A program made the translations under genes and the position numbers. 64,000 bases of DNA, from the NCBI GenBank assembly GCA_964234715.1, contig OZ174283.1; one strand, 5' to 3'. How positions within the stretch are numbered: position 1 is the stretch's first letter; the number at the start of each line of letters is the position of its first letter. Below the pieces are notes generated by a model. It searched no databases and was not told where the DNA came from. It saw nothing but the letters and a program-made list of their open reading frames with translations. The DNA is from Podarcis melisellensis (taxonomy: Eukaryota). Of the stretch, positions 1 to 22,972 are shown piece after piece.

Positions 1-502
1 CAGTGCTTCTCAAACATTTTGAAGTGGGATTCACCTCTACCTTTTTAAAAAAAATAAAAATAAACCACTGCTTCCCCCTCCACAACAATACAGTAGTATC
101 ACATTTTAAGTTAAAACTTAAAAAGTTTGTGTTTTATAGTTAATATTATTATAGCTGCATTTATGTATAATTTTATTATTACTGCCAATTATTGTTTTAC
201 TCAAACCTAGTTTTCACTGCTTGCTGCTATCCTGTTCCTAGCTCTCTCTCCCTCTCTTCCCCCTTTTTATTTTCCAAATTTTAGGTATTGCAGTTGTAAG
301 AGTAACATTTAGATTAGTACAAGTTGCTGTATTGTCTAAGGCTAAGCAACATATTGTATCTAGGTGGATATTTGCCTCGTGGAAACACTGTTTTTGTTGC
401 TTGATGTGCAAGTTGTCTCTAGGAAGTTTTGAAGTGGGTTAAAAGCATGTCTACTCTGGCTATAATATTATGACCATTTCTTCTTGACGCCTCTCCCTCA
501 AG

Positions 503-2303
503 GCAAATTCGTGACACTGTAAATTGGATCTTCAGTGAACCAATGCTTGTTTACTACATCAATGTGTTCCGAGATGCTTTTTGGCCAAATGGAAAACTGG
601 CGTCCAGCTCAAAGCCCAGAAGTGAAGAGCAAAGCCGGGAGACGAAACAGAAAGCACAGCAAAAATTACTTGAAAACATTCCAGGTGAGCATATCAAATC
701 ATGTGTCAAGTTAACGTTCAGAATGTAATGAATCAAAGGAGATTATGGTAATAAACAATATTTACCATTTGTTTAGCCCTTAGAATGTTCAAAACGCTCC
801 ACAGGCAGAATTAAACTCTGCCCACTTTAATAAGCAAATCTATGAGATTCTATGAGATTAATACAGATCCCTGACATCTGTCAGATGTTACTCTGTGGGT
901 AGAAGAACTGTTTCTTTTAAAAAAAAGTCAGGGTGGCATTTAGGTAATAGGGAACTAAATCTACTGCTCCCAAATACTAAAAATAAAAAGGCACTTTACA
1001 TGTGTATTACTCCATAGTATATTCTTCTTGATGTTAAAATCTCTGATTTGTTTTTAAAAGATAAATAACAGGAATCTATTTTAACATTTTGGATGTGCAG
1101 GCTTTTGAATCAGTATCTCAATACACAGCTTACATTGCTCATTGTATATATATTTTTGATTCATTTGAATTTCTTAAAACACATTAGCAGATGCGTCACC
1201 AAAATTCAATATCTTTTCTTTCAGATACACTACAGAGTCTTGTTGGTCAGCAAAATGCTCGCCATGGTGTAATCAAAGTCTTCAATGCACTTCAAGAAAC
1301 CAAGGCCAATAAGCATCTTCTTTATGTGAGTTACCAGCACATTATTGCATGGGTTTGTTACTTAAAATTACTCTTCCTTCAGACCTCAGAACTCGGATTC
1401 TTGGTGTTAGTTTCTGGCATTTACCCTTTGGCCTGCAACAGTAGCTGTTTTATCCTCTAACCTTTTAGAATTAACTTGCAGAATTTGTTTTAACCAGGGA
1501 TGGGCGAGATCCACTGAGGGAAATGTGGAATTTGGGAGATAAAATCCCCTTGAAGGTCTGTGCCCTTTGAGATTTTGTTTTAGACTGGGAGGAAGAGGGA
1601 TAATCTAAACCTGATAAATTTACTAATGCTTGAGGTCTTCGTAGGTATGCGAAAATCTGTGCAGAGCCCTGTAGGTGCCAGTAAACACTGATGAATAATA
1701 AGGATTTGGTCCTCCCCAGAGGGCTACCAAGAGCATTTTTCCATGTGTGGTTCTACAAGTGCCAGATGTGCAAATTGTTTTTTTAAAAAACAGCCAATGA
1801 ACCATAGTACATAGTGGACAACCTGTAGCCTTCCAGACAGGGCCAAGCCTGCCCATGAGGCAGTCTGAAGCAGCCGCCTGGGGTGGTGGAATCCCATGGG
1901 GCCGTGCCCTGCCCACCGCCAGAGTTGCGTGGCAGCTTCCAGCGAGATCTTGTGGAACCAGGTATAATACCTTAGAAAAGGCTTTTACTGGACGGCCACT
2001 CTGCGTAAAGGGCCCCACAATAATCTGTGGACTTTACAGTAACTGCTTCCTTCCATGTATGCCTCTTGTCCCTGAATTGACCACTGTGGGATCCATGTGG
2101 TAGCCCTTGGGGGCAGGGTGTGTGGGCTTGATCTCTGCACCTATTAATGACTTGCTATCCAAGTTTGTAATTACCGGTTCAGAAAGAGGGGGGAAACGCT
2201 TTTAATCTCTCTTCTTTTCCAGGTGTTATTGGAATTGCTGCTAATTGAACTGTGTCCTGAGTTGCGAACTCATTTAGAGCAGCTTAAAGCAGCTCAGGTT
2301 TGA
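503..2303 (+). CDS. SNX25: Sorting nexin-25, last three coding exons (5'-partial; PXC/nexin C-terminal region)
   Basis: Exons 503-684 (QIRDTVNWIFSEPMLVYYINVFRDAFWPNGK...LLENIP), 1225-1325 (DTLQSLVGQQNARHGVIKVFNALQETKANKHLLY) and 2223-2303 (VLLELLLIELCPELRTHLEQLKAAQV*). All introns are GT-AG with consistent phase. Matches the recalled SNX25 C-terminus and fits synteny with LRP2BP. Confidence 0.95.
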
Positions 2304-2796
2304 ATCTGCACAAGTGAATTACTAGAGACATGTCTGTTCTTAATAGCAGACATGTAACTTATTTCCCTCTTTTCCACAGAGGGCTGGCTGAGGACTACTG
2401 CAAATTTGTATTTTTTCTTTTCTTTTTAAATTCTACATGGAGCAAACAAGACTTGAAAGAACTGACGATACGGTAGAATGCCAGCACTGCGTAGTTTCTG
2501 GCTTTTATTTAACTTGTTACATGAATAATTCTGTTTAAGATGCAGATTGAAATGTAAATGTTAATATAAGGTATAAGAACTATAGAGTATTTTAAAACAT
2601 TTATGAAAGGCATTTTGCTTTAGTGGTATACCAATGAATGTTGTACAGTTAATTTCCTTGCTGAGGATAATGAACATTCCTCTATTTTCTTGTTGTATTG
2701 AAGAGCCTTGTTGTGCAATATATGTAAAGATATTGTGTAAATTTTATTGTTTTTATTTTTACCAAAGATTTCCCATAGTTTGGAGCCTTTGTAAGC

Positions 2797-2802
2797 AATA
2801 AA
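2797..2802 (+). terminator. Likely SNX25 polyadenylation signal (AATAAA)
   Basis: AATAAA ~500 nt after the stop in an AT-rich 3' UTR, followed by GT/T-rich sequence. Confidence 0.55.
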
Positions 2803-4146
2803 TAACAAAAAGAACTGTAGTGTTTCATAATCAAGCTACACTTTCAGTGGGTCAAAGTGCTGCTTTCAGAGAGAATTGCACTGATTCTGCAAGATGCAGA
2901 ACATAGATTTAATGTCATAAATCACATGAATGAATGACTTGGCATTCATTGCATAAACAATTATACTAATAACCTGTTCATTTAAACCTTTCATCCCCTC
3001 TTGATATCATCTATATGGCTATTTTCCTAAACATGGCTCTTTTTAAAGCACTGGTAAAAGAACATCTGGATTTAACACGAAGGTTGCCAATTCACTGCTG
3101 GAGACTCCTGCTTTTTGAATTTTCTGAAACTTAATTTAGTCCAGCTAGGAAATGTGATGGTATTCCAAAGCCTGAATGGGCCCAAAAGCCTTTTGGGTCT
3201 CCCACACCTTAACAGATGGAGAAAAAAATCCCTTTTCAGTTCCTTGTTCCTAAAGAAAAATGCCGCAGTACAGCCACTTTGCTTTTCCATGAGTGGATGC
3301 CTCAGTCCTTTGCCAGCTCAAAACATAGCCACTACTGCCTTGAAAAAATGCCCAATAGCTTTGTGAGTAGTAAGGGACTTTTACGGTACAATTTCAAATG
3401 CACACAATGTGTCACAGTGTGTCAGTAATCAACTCCACATGCCTGAGCTCACGGTTTACTTTGATTCTGCAATACACCAACCTACACAGGGCAGAGGGTT
3501 TAGTGCTCACCAGTTTCATGCAGCTGCCCAAGAGGCATGTCTTGACAAACAGACGGTGACCAAATTGTAAAGCTTCAGCATCTACAGGGTGTGCTGCTGT
3601 TCAGCAATACTAGAAAGGTCTGATATGGGACTTTTCAACTAAGTTTTATATGTAAAGGATGGTTCAGTTGTTTAATTCCAGTATTCTTTTGCTGCAACTG
3701 ATGATTGAAATAAGAAAAATTATCTAAGAATCGAGGGGTATTTAATAAGCTGGCCTTGAAAACTTTTAAGTATTTGTAGGTAATGAAAGATGCATTTAAC
3801 GATGCACTTTTTATTAAGTAAACTAGGGTTGGACAGCCTTCCTAATGCTGTTGGATTCCATCAGCCCCAGTCAGCATGGCAAATTGTCAGAAATGGTGAG
3901 AGACCCTGATACCAGGTAACAGAGCTACAGTTCTGAACTTAATGCATGTTAACCAAAACTGGATGGTTTTGTAACACTGAAAATAAGTCATACAATGCTT
4001 TACTTTTAGATGAAGATAATCAGAACATTATGTGCCTAAAATGCTTGAAATAATAACCATGATTTATCAAAAGCTGAACGACAACTGACATTTGTCGTTA
4101 TAAAGACAAACTGCCGGAACTTGCTCAGATTCATCAAAATGATGTT

Positions 4147-16760
<12,614 letters not shown>

Positions 16761-17341
16761 TTCTTTCTTTCAAACACTTTCTTTCTGGAATAAATGAATA
16801 AATTAGGAGTAAATGCCCAGGCTTGGGAGATTGTGAGGACCACAGAATAATTACTACTTGCGCCTCATTCAGCCATCAAAAATAAGAGATTCAGAAGCTA
16901 CAATCTAATCCTCTAAGGTTCTCTTCTTAAGAGGAACATCTCATGCTGATTTTTAATACTACCTACATTTACCTTTATGGGAACGCACAGTGCCAGAAAC
17001 TTTCAAAGGCCTCTTATATGAAGGGCACCTTCTACACTTTGCCTGATCTTGGCCAGGCTCCAAACAGTTGAGAGGCTTGATTTGAAACAGGAGGCCAAAA
17101 AAAAAAAAAAAAAAAAGAGATGCCTGATGTCTACACATACCACTAATCCAACATTTGAAAACAAGCAGATATGCTGTTGGCTACATACATACACATTTCC
17201 AGGCAATTGAAAACTTTTACTAACAAGGGCTCAAAATAGGATAAGAGAAAGCAAACTTGGGGGGGGGGTCATCTTGTATACTTTTTTTAAAAAGTTTGCT
17301 CTGCCCTGCCTTGGGCTCTGCAGAACAGCACAAACATTCTC

Positions 17342-17482
17342 TCTTTTTCATAATATTTTTATTGCTTTTCCATTTTTAACGTTATAATAACATCATATCT
17401 CCCTTTATAAATTTTTAGCTCTACCGAGTCATCGACTTCCCTCCGTTCTGTCATCTGGTTTTTATAAAACACATCCTAAATC
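17342..17482 (-). mobile_element. Short 5'-truncated non-LTR retroposon 3' end (L1-like)
   Basis: 141-bp insert flanked by a perfect 21-bp direct repeat CAGAACAGCACAAACATTCTC (17321-17341, 17483-17503). AATAAA and an A-rich end on the minus strand. Confidence 0.65.
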
Positions 17483-17779
17483 CAGAACAGCACAAACATT
17501 CTCAGTGTGACAGGGCCCGGCGCAAAATCTTATGAGGTTCCATAGTTTTGCTTTCCTCCATTGTGTTATGGTAGCAACAAATCCTTTGGCAAGTCTTCCC
17601 TGCAACATAATGACATTTATTTTGTATGTTTTTAACCTGCGCTTTCCCCAAGAAGCTCAAGGCAGCACACTCCTTGCACTCAACTCTCATTGGGGGTTCC
17701 TAGAAGCTGTCAGCATGCAACAGTGGCCACACAACGGCTCTCAAACCCTTGTTGAGTTAGGGACTTCCCCTGCATGTGA

Positions 17780-18645
17780 AGACAGGCTCTGACAGATTGA
17801 GAGGACAAGACCGCTACTGGGCCCAACAGTCAACAAGGTGGTTTCGGCACATGCTGTAGAGAGGGAAGTGATGGGCATGTGAGACTTGTCAACCTGGGAA
17901 TCTAGAAGAAAGAAAACTCTAATCCTGAACCTCCACTGCCCTGTGGGATATCTTTGGGAGAAGAAAAGGCTCAGGAGTAAACCCTATACAATTCCAGTGT
18001 GGAGTCCCTAAGACTGCTGGATAGCATCTTGTACACCTCCTGGCAACTCCTGCAGCCAACCTGGTTCCACAAATGCCTTTAACAGCCTTTGTTTGGACCA
18101 CATCAGCAAGGCCGAGAGTGGGGCAGGGGTCTTACCATCTGGACATCCCAGGTAAAGGTAAAGGACCCCTGGATGGTTAAGTCCAGTCAGAGGCAACCAT
18201 GGGGTTGCAGTGCTCATCTTGCTTTCAGGCCGAGGGAGCCAGAGTTTGTCTGCAGACAGCTTTCCGGGTCATGTGGCCAGCACGACTAAACCGCTTTCGG
18301 CGCAACAGAACACCGTGACGGAAAACAGTGCACGGAAACACCACTTACCTTCCCGCCGCAGATACCTATGTATATAGCATGCTTTCGAACTGCTAGGTTG
18401 GCAGGAGCTGGGACAGAGCAACAGGACTTCACCCCGTAGTGGGGATTCGAACTGCCGACCTTCTGATCGACAAGCCCAAGAGGCTCAGTGGTTTAGACCA
18501 CAGTGCCACCCACATCCAGGACCTCCATACACACTGCCCAGACTTGCGCCCTGGGGGCGTCACTTCAGTCCTAACGCAGCCGTTTGACTTCACCCCCGGA
18601 GGCGCACTCCATTGTCTCTCGAGACAGACAAAGGCCAACAAGAAG
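17780..18645 (+). mobile_element. Degraded retroelement-derived repeat (possibly RTE-related), interrupted by a Sauria SINE
   Basis: Motif AGAAGAAAGAAAACTCTAATCCTGAACCTCC resembles RTE-family 5' regions (recalled). The host sequence resumes after the SINE. Family assignment and boundaries are uncertain. Confidence 0.4.
18151..18517 (-). mobile_element. Sauria SINE (Squam1), full length
   Basis: GGTAAAGGTAAAGG reverse tail, conserved core, and reverse tRNA head ending ...GGTTTAGACCACAGTGCCACCCACATCC. Confidence 0.9.
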
Positions 18646-19009
18646 CGCCTAAAACTTACTCCAATATCAATCTGTGCCAACAGTCTGTTGCCAGGATCCT
18701 AGCAAAGAGTCCTGCTAAGGTCAAAAGGACTTTCCTGACCCTATTACTGTGGAAATAAATGCCTTGTTCACAGACCAAAAGGGATTAACCTCTAAGTCTG
18801 GAGAAACGTTTTGTTTACAAGGGGAGATTCTCACACATGTAGGACATGAAGAAGAAAAACTAGGCGCACTGGTGACTTATCCTGTGTTTTAGAAGGTCCC
18901 CGATCCTGAGTGAACTTCCTCATCACTATATGGACCCTCTCAGCTTATTATGATGGTGGTCAGTGATGTGATGATGATGATGATGACGACGATTCTGTGA
19001 CCATGGCTG

Positions 19010-19880
19010 CCTCTCGCCCCTCCTTCGGAAATCTGGAGGGCGAGGGTGTCCCTTTCCTTCCCCACGTCTCGTCGGAGGAATTGCCCCCAACAGCTGAGCG
19101 AAACAGGGAAAGGCGGGTGTGTCTTAATTCGAACCGGAGCTTCTAGAGCTCAGAACACTTTCCGTGCCAGGGGATGGTGCTCAGGTGGTCGCCGAGACTG
19201 CGGTGTGCCCTCTGACCATGCGCAGAGTGCACTAGCGCCACCAAAATTAACCCGTGCACCTGTGATTTAGCCGCGGGCTCTGATGCGTGTGTGACTTCAA
19301 GTGGCGTTCGAAACCCAGTACTTAAAAATATACCACTGTAACATTTGCGAGGGGGCAAAACCAGGCGCTTTCTTGTGTGCGGGGGGGGGGGGCGGGAGAG
19401 AGAAAGAGGGAGAGAAGTGCATGGAAAGAGAAAATGAACCCGCCCGATTCGGTTCCCCCGCGCGCGCGACTCACTGAATTGACCACCGGTTCCCATGGCG
19501 AACTGCGCGCGCGCGCGCGCGCTCACTCTCTCTCCCGCTTCTCAGCGTCCGCCTCCTGCCAGCTTCGCGTTGCTTGGCAACGCCGCCTATGAGCCCCCCA
19601 GGAAGACCCGCCCTCTCCCAGTGCCCCGCCTCTTCGAGTGCTGCGGCGGGCGCGAGCGCTTGGCGGGGAGCGGATTGTGGGAAGGAGGCGCTGAGGGAGC
19701 GGGAATCCTTTGTTCGCTCTGCTGAGGGCGGGGCAAACGAGGGGCGCGCGCGCGCGGTCGGGTCACAGACAGCCCCGCCCCGCTTCTCCTCATCCTCCTC
19801 AGTGCCGGTAAGGAGGCGGGATGACAGGGTAATGTGCGCGCACTCCAGAAGCTGCCTGCGACGAGGGAGCATTTCGTTGT
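19010..19880. promoter_or_regulatory. CpG island; probable LRP2BP upstream promoter, possibly bidirectional
   Basis: Very high CpG density, GC boxes (GGGGCGGG, CCCCGCCCC), (CG)n runs and an RFX X-box-like GTTGCTTGGCAAC at 19569-19581. The first LRP2BP coding exon has an upstream acceptor (~16784), so a non-coding exon 1 is required. Confidence 0.75.
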
Positions 19881-21519
19881 CTCCTCAGCAGCAAAACAGG
19901 GCAGTCCATCACAATAAACAAACAAATAAATACATAATTTACAACATTGCAACCTAGCCAAAGTCAAGAGGGGCTTCTGGGAAAGTGATGATAAAAAGAA
20001 GAGTGCCTCTGAGCATATGCAAGCACGTGAGGCAGGAAGCTACTGGAATAATCTGGCTTGTAATAGCTAATTCCAATTGATATATATGCCTTATGGTTTG
20101 CTCACAGTACCAGCTCTCCTGAAGCATTTCGCTGCATGGCTTTGACTGCGGGAGTTTTGTTGTTACCGAAGTAATTTTATTCTGTTATGTTGCTGTGCTT
20201 GTGGCTAATGCTAATTTACCCCAAATTGCATCTCCGGAGGGAGGTGCACAAATTTGATGTTTTAATTCTGTCCTTCCTGTCTAGGTGGGACACTGCAGTG
20301 ATTCCGTGCAAGATGGTCAATTTGAGAGGAAATGCAGCGGTATGCAAACTGCATCCTTCCATGTCTGTGACAGTTAAGACTTCTAGTTTAAAATTACAAC
20401 TATAGTGTTTTACAGAAAAGCGCTACCTACTCATAAAAGGTAGAGAGTGTCAGGTGCTGGGAAACCTGAGTTACAGATATGTGCTAAAATATTTAGGACT
20501 CACTGCTGGTGGCACAGCGGCAGTGACAAAGTGTAAATTGTTCTCTCTTACATTTCTAGCTGTTCTGTAAATTGGCAGCGGGGAGATGCACGCATCTTTC
20601 CCTTTACACAAGACCCAGACAAGAGAAGAAGCAAGATTCAAAGCTTTCTTCTTGCTTCATTATGTAGCATCTTAACGATTCTGTCGAAAAATCAGGATTA
20701 AAACCAGACTGAATTAGCTCTTGATTCTGTTTCATCAAGAAGCCGTCAAACTAAGATGCTGCATGTGTGCATGGGACAGGAAATATTTCTGAGGACAAAC
20801 AACTTTAGTGAATGTATTTGCTAGGTTTAGAATTAGTTTTTATCATAGGCCAGATAAACTTTTATAAATTTAAAAAACTAAGTCCTGTGGGCAGTCTACA
20901 TGAATCTATTCTCTTAACTTAATGTGTTGATTATACTACAGTGGTCCCTGCAGGAGATTGGCACACACACCCATAATAAAATGTGAGGGATTGTGATGTA
21001 AGAATAATCTCCGTTTACTATCTTAGTTGCTAATTGTTAGATATTTCTTTGCTTAACTCCCTTATCTGAATAAACTCTTTATGCCTTCTATTGCCTTTAA
21101 GTCAGTACAGTGTGCTAGATGGTTTCCATTTAGATGGTATGTGGTTCTAGATGTTTCCAGTTCTATTGTTTACTTGTATGGAGATATATAATAACATACT
21201 TTAGCCAAGTCCGGCATAAGAAACACAAAGGGTACCAAGAGCAACTATTATCCCAAACTAATGAGTTGGCTTGCGTGGATGAAAGATCCTGTGCTTGGCA
21301 ACCATTGACTGTCTCTGGGGGTCAGGAAGCCCTCCCCCTTACTAATTCAGAATGAACCTATGTATGCATTTCCTCCACATGGGACACAAATAGTAACTTG
21401 AGGAAGCAGTAATTTAAAACCAGGAAAATGATGGGGGTGAAGAAAACCCCAGCTTCTCAGCCGACTGAGTTCCTGTTTACTGATCTTAGCCACATCTATA
21501 GTTTGGTTCTTAGCCATTA

Positions 21520-21642
21520 ACCAGTTTGCAGCCTTAGGCAAGCCACTATTTCTTTGTTTCCTATATGTACTATGAAAATAACAGCACTCAACTATGTCAC
21601 TGGGCTGTTGTAAGGATTACTAGAGATAACATATATGAAGCA
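21520..21642 (+). mobile_element. Degraded MIR/CORE-like SINE fragment
   Basis: CCTTAGGCAAGCCACT...TTTCCTATATGTA...GGGCTGTTGTAAGGATTA resembles the CORE domain. Confidence 0.5.
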
Positions 21643-22599
21643 ATTAGTTTTTAATTATTATTTTCCTGGAACATGGACAAATATCAATCCAAATTATTTT
21701 CTTGCTCATTACTTCCACCTAGATCCTCTCAAATATTTAAGACACCAGTGCTGAAGTAGTGAACCACTTTAGTATCTGCTGCATATGGAATTCTTTGGTT
21801 CAAGTGTTTTCATGACCAATCACATTGTAAGACTTCTTGCTTCACCTATTATAGAAACAGGCTGCAGTTTAAAGGCATTTAAATATAGAGCCTGTGGCTG
21901 ATCATAGAACTTAAGATTCCCATTAGGCTGCCCAGCATAGCTTTATCCTTGGCTAACTGGTTCTAGCAGGTATAACTCCCAGCTCTCAAACCATTGAACT
22001 GCTTACTATGAGGTCCTGAGTCCAATTCAGTATTAATCTTTAACCTTTGATGCTGCAATCCTAAACACACTTGCTAATAAATGCTAAGCCCCACTGAACG
22101 CTCTTTAAAGAAACATGCCTATAACATTGAGCTATGAAGGCTGAAATGATCTGGGTCCAGGATATCTGAAGAAGCACTACCCAATAGGCTTTCTCATACC
22201 TTAAATAAGAGAGGAACTGCTATGGATGCCCCTTCATTCCGAGCTTTTGTGAGCAGTGACAGCCAGCCAGCCAGACTTCTTTGTGATAGCATCCACTCTT
22301 TTGAAGCACCTTGCTAAGAGAGGCTCAGCTGGCTACCTCCTTCCCTATATCCAGGTGAGCGATTATGGTGCTGCTTATTAATTTTTTTAGTGCCTTTATG
22401 GGTAGTTGACTGTTTTAATGCTTTGCAGCATTATCTTTTCTGGTTTCTGGCCTTATTTCTTTGCTTAAGTATCTCAAATGCATTTTGTCCAAGACCCACT
22501 TCAGAAGGAAATGTCAATGCTTATTACAGAGGGATTGTTTTGCTTCCTGCCTTCTTCTCTGGAGGATGCTGCAAGGGGAGGGGGGCAGACTGCGGGTGG

Positions 22600-22972
22600 C
22601 TGAGTGTGTGGGTGTGTGATACGTGTCCAGCTGTACTGTGCTCCATGGCTGCCCCACCTGCCATACGTCTTTCCTGTTCCCTCCCATCTCATAAGCATAG
22701 CAAACACAGGATGCATGGGGAAAGCAACAGCAGGAGCCAATCAGGACACAGCAAGGCGGGTCGAGTGGCATGTGCTCTTGTTTGTGTACGTGCAAAAGAC
22801 AGCTCCCAGCAGAGAGGGCGGGATTGCAGCCAGAGTGTGTCTCTGTTCTTTAGCTGGCACTGCCAGTCTTGGGTTAGATTCACTGGATAGAGTAAAGCTG
22901 TGCTGGAAGTCAACCAATCCAGCCACAACTTTTGCCACAAGTGTACTGGAGGCAAGAAGGCAAGAAGAAATA
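22600..22972 (+). promoter_or_regulatory. ANKRD37 proximal promoter with hypoxia-response elements
   Basis: TACGTG at 22620-22625 and 22787-22792, CCAAT boxes (~22737, ~22914) and GC box GGGCGG (~22815). ANKRD37 is an established HIF-1 target. Confidence 0.65.

Noticed and set aside
19143-19967. Several 120-130 aa ORFs in the CpG island
   Set aside because: Low-complexity Arg/Ala/Pro frames expected from GC-rich DNA, on both strands, with no recognisable homology.
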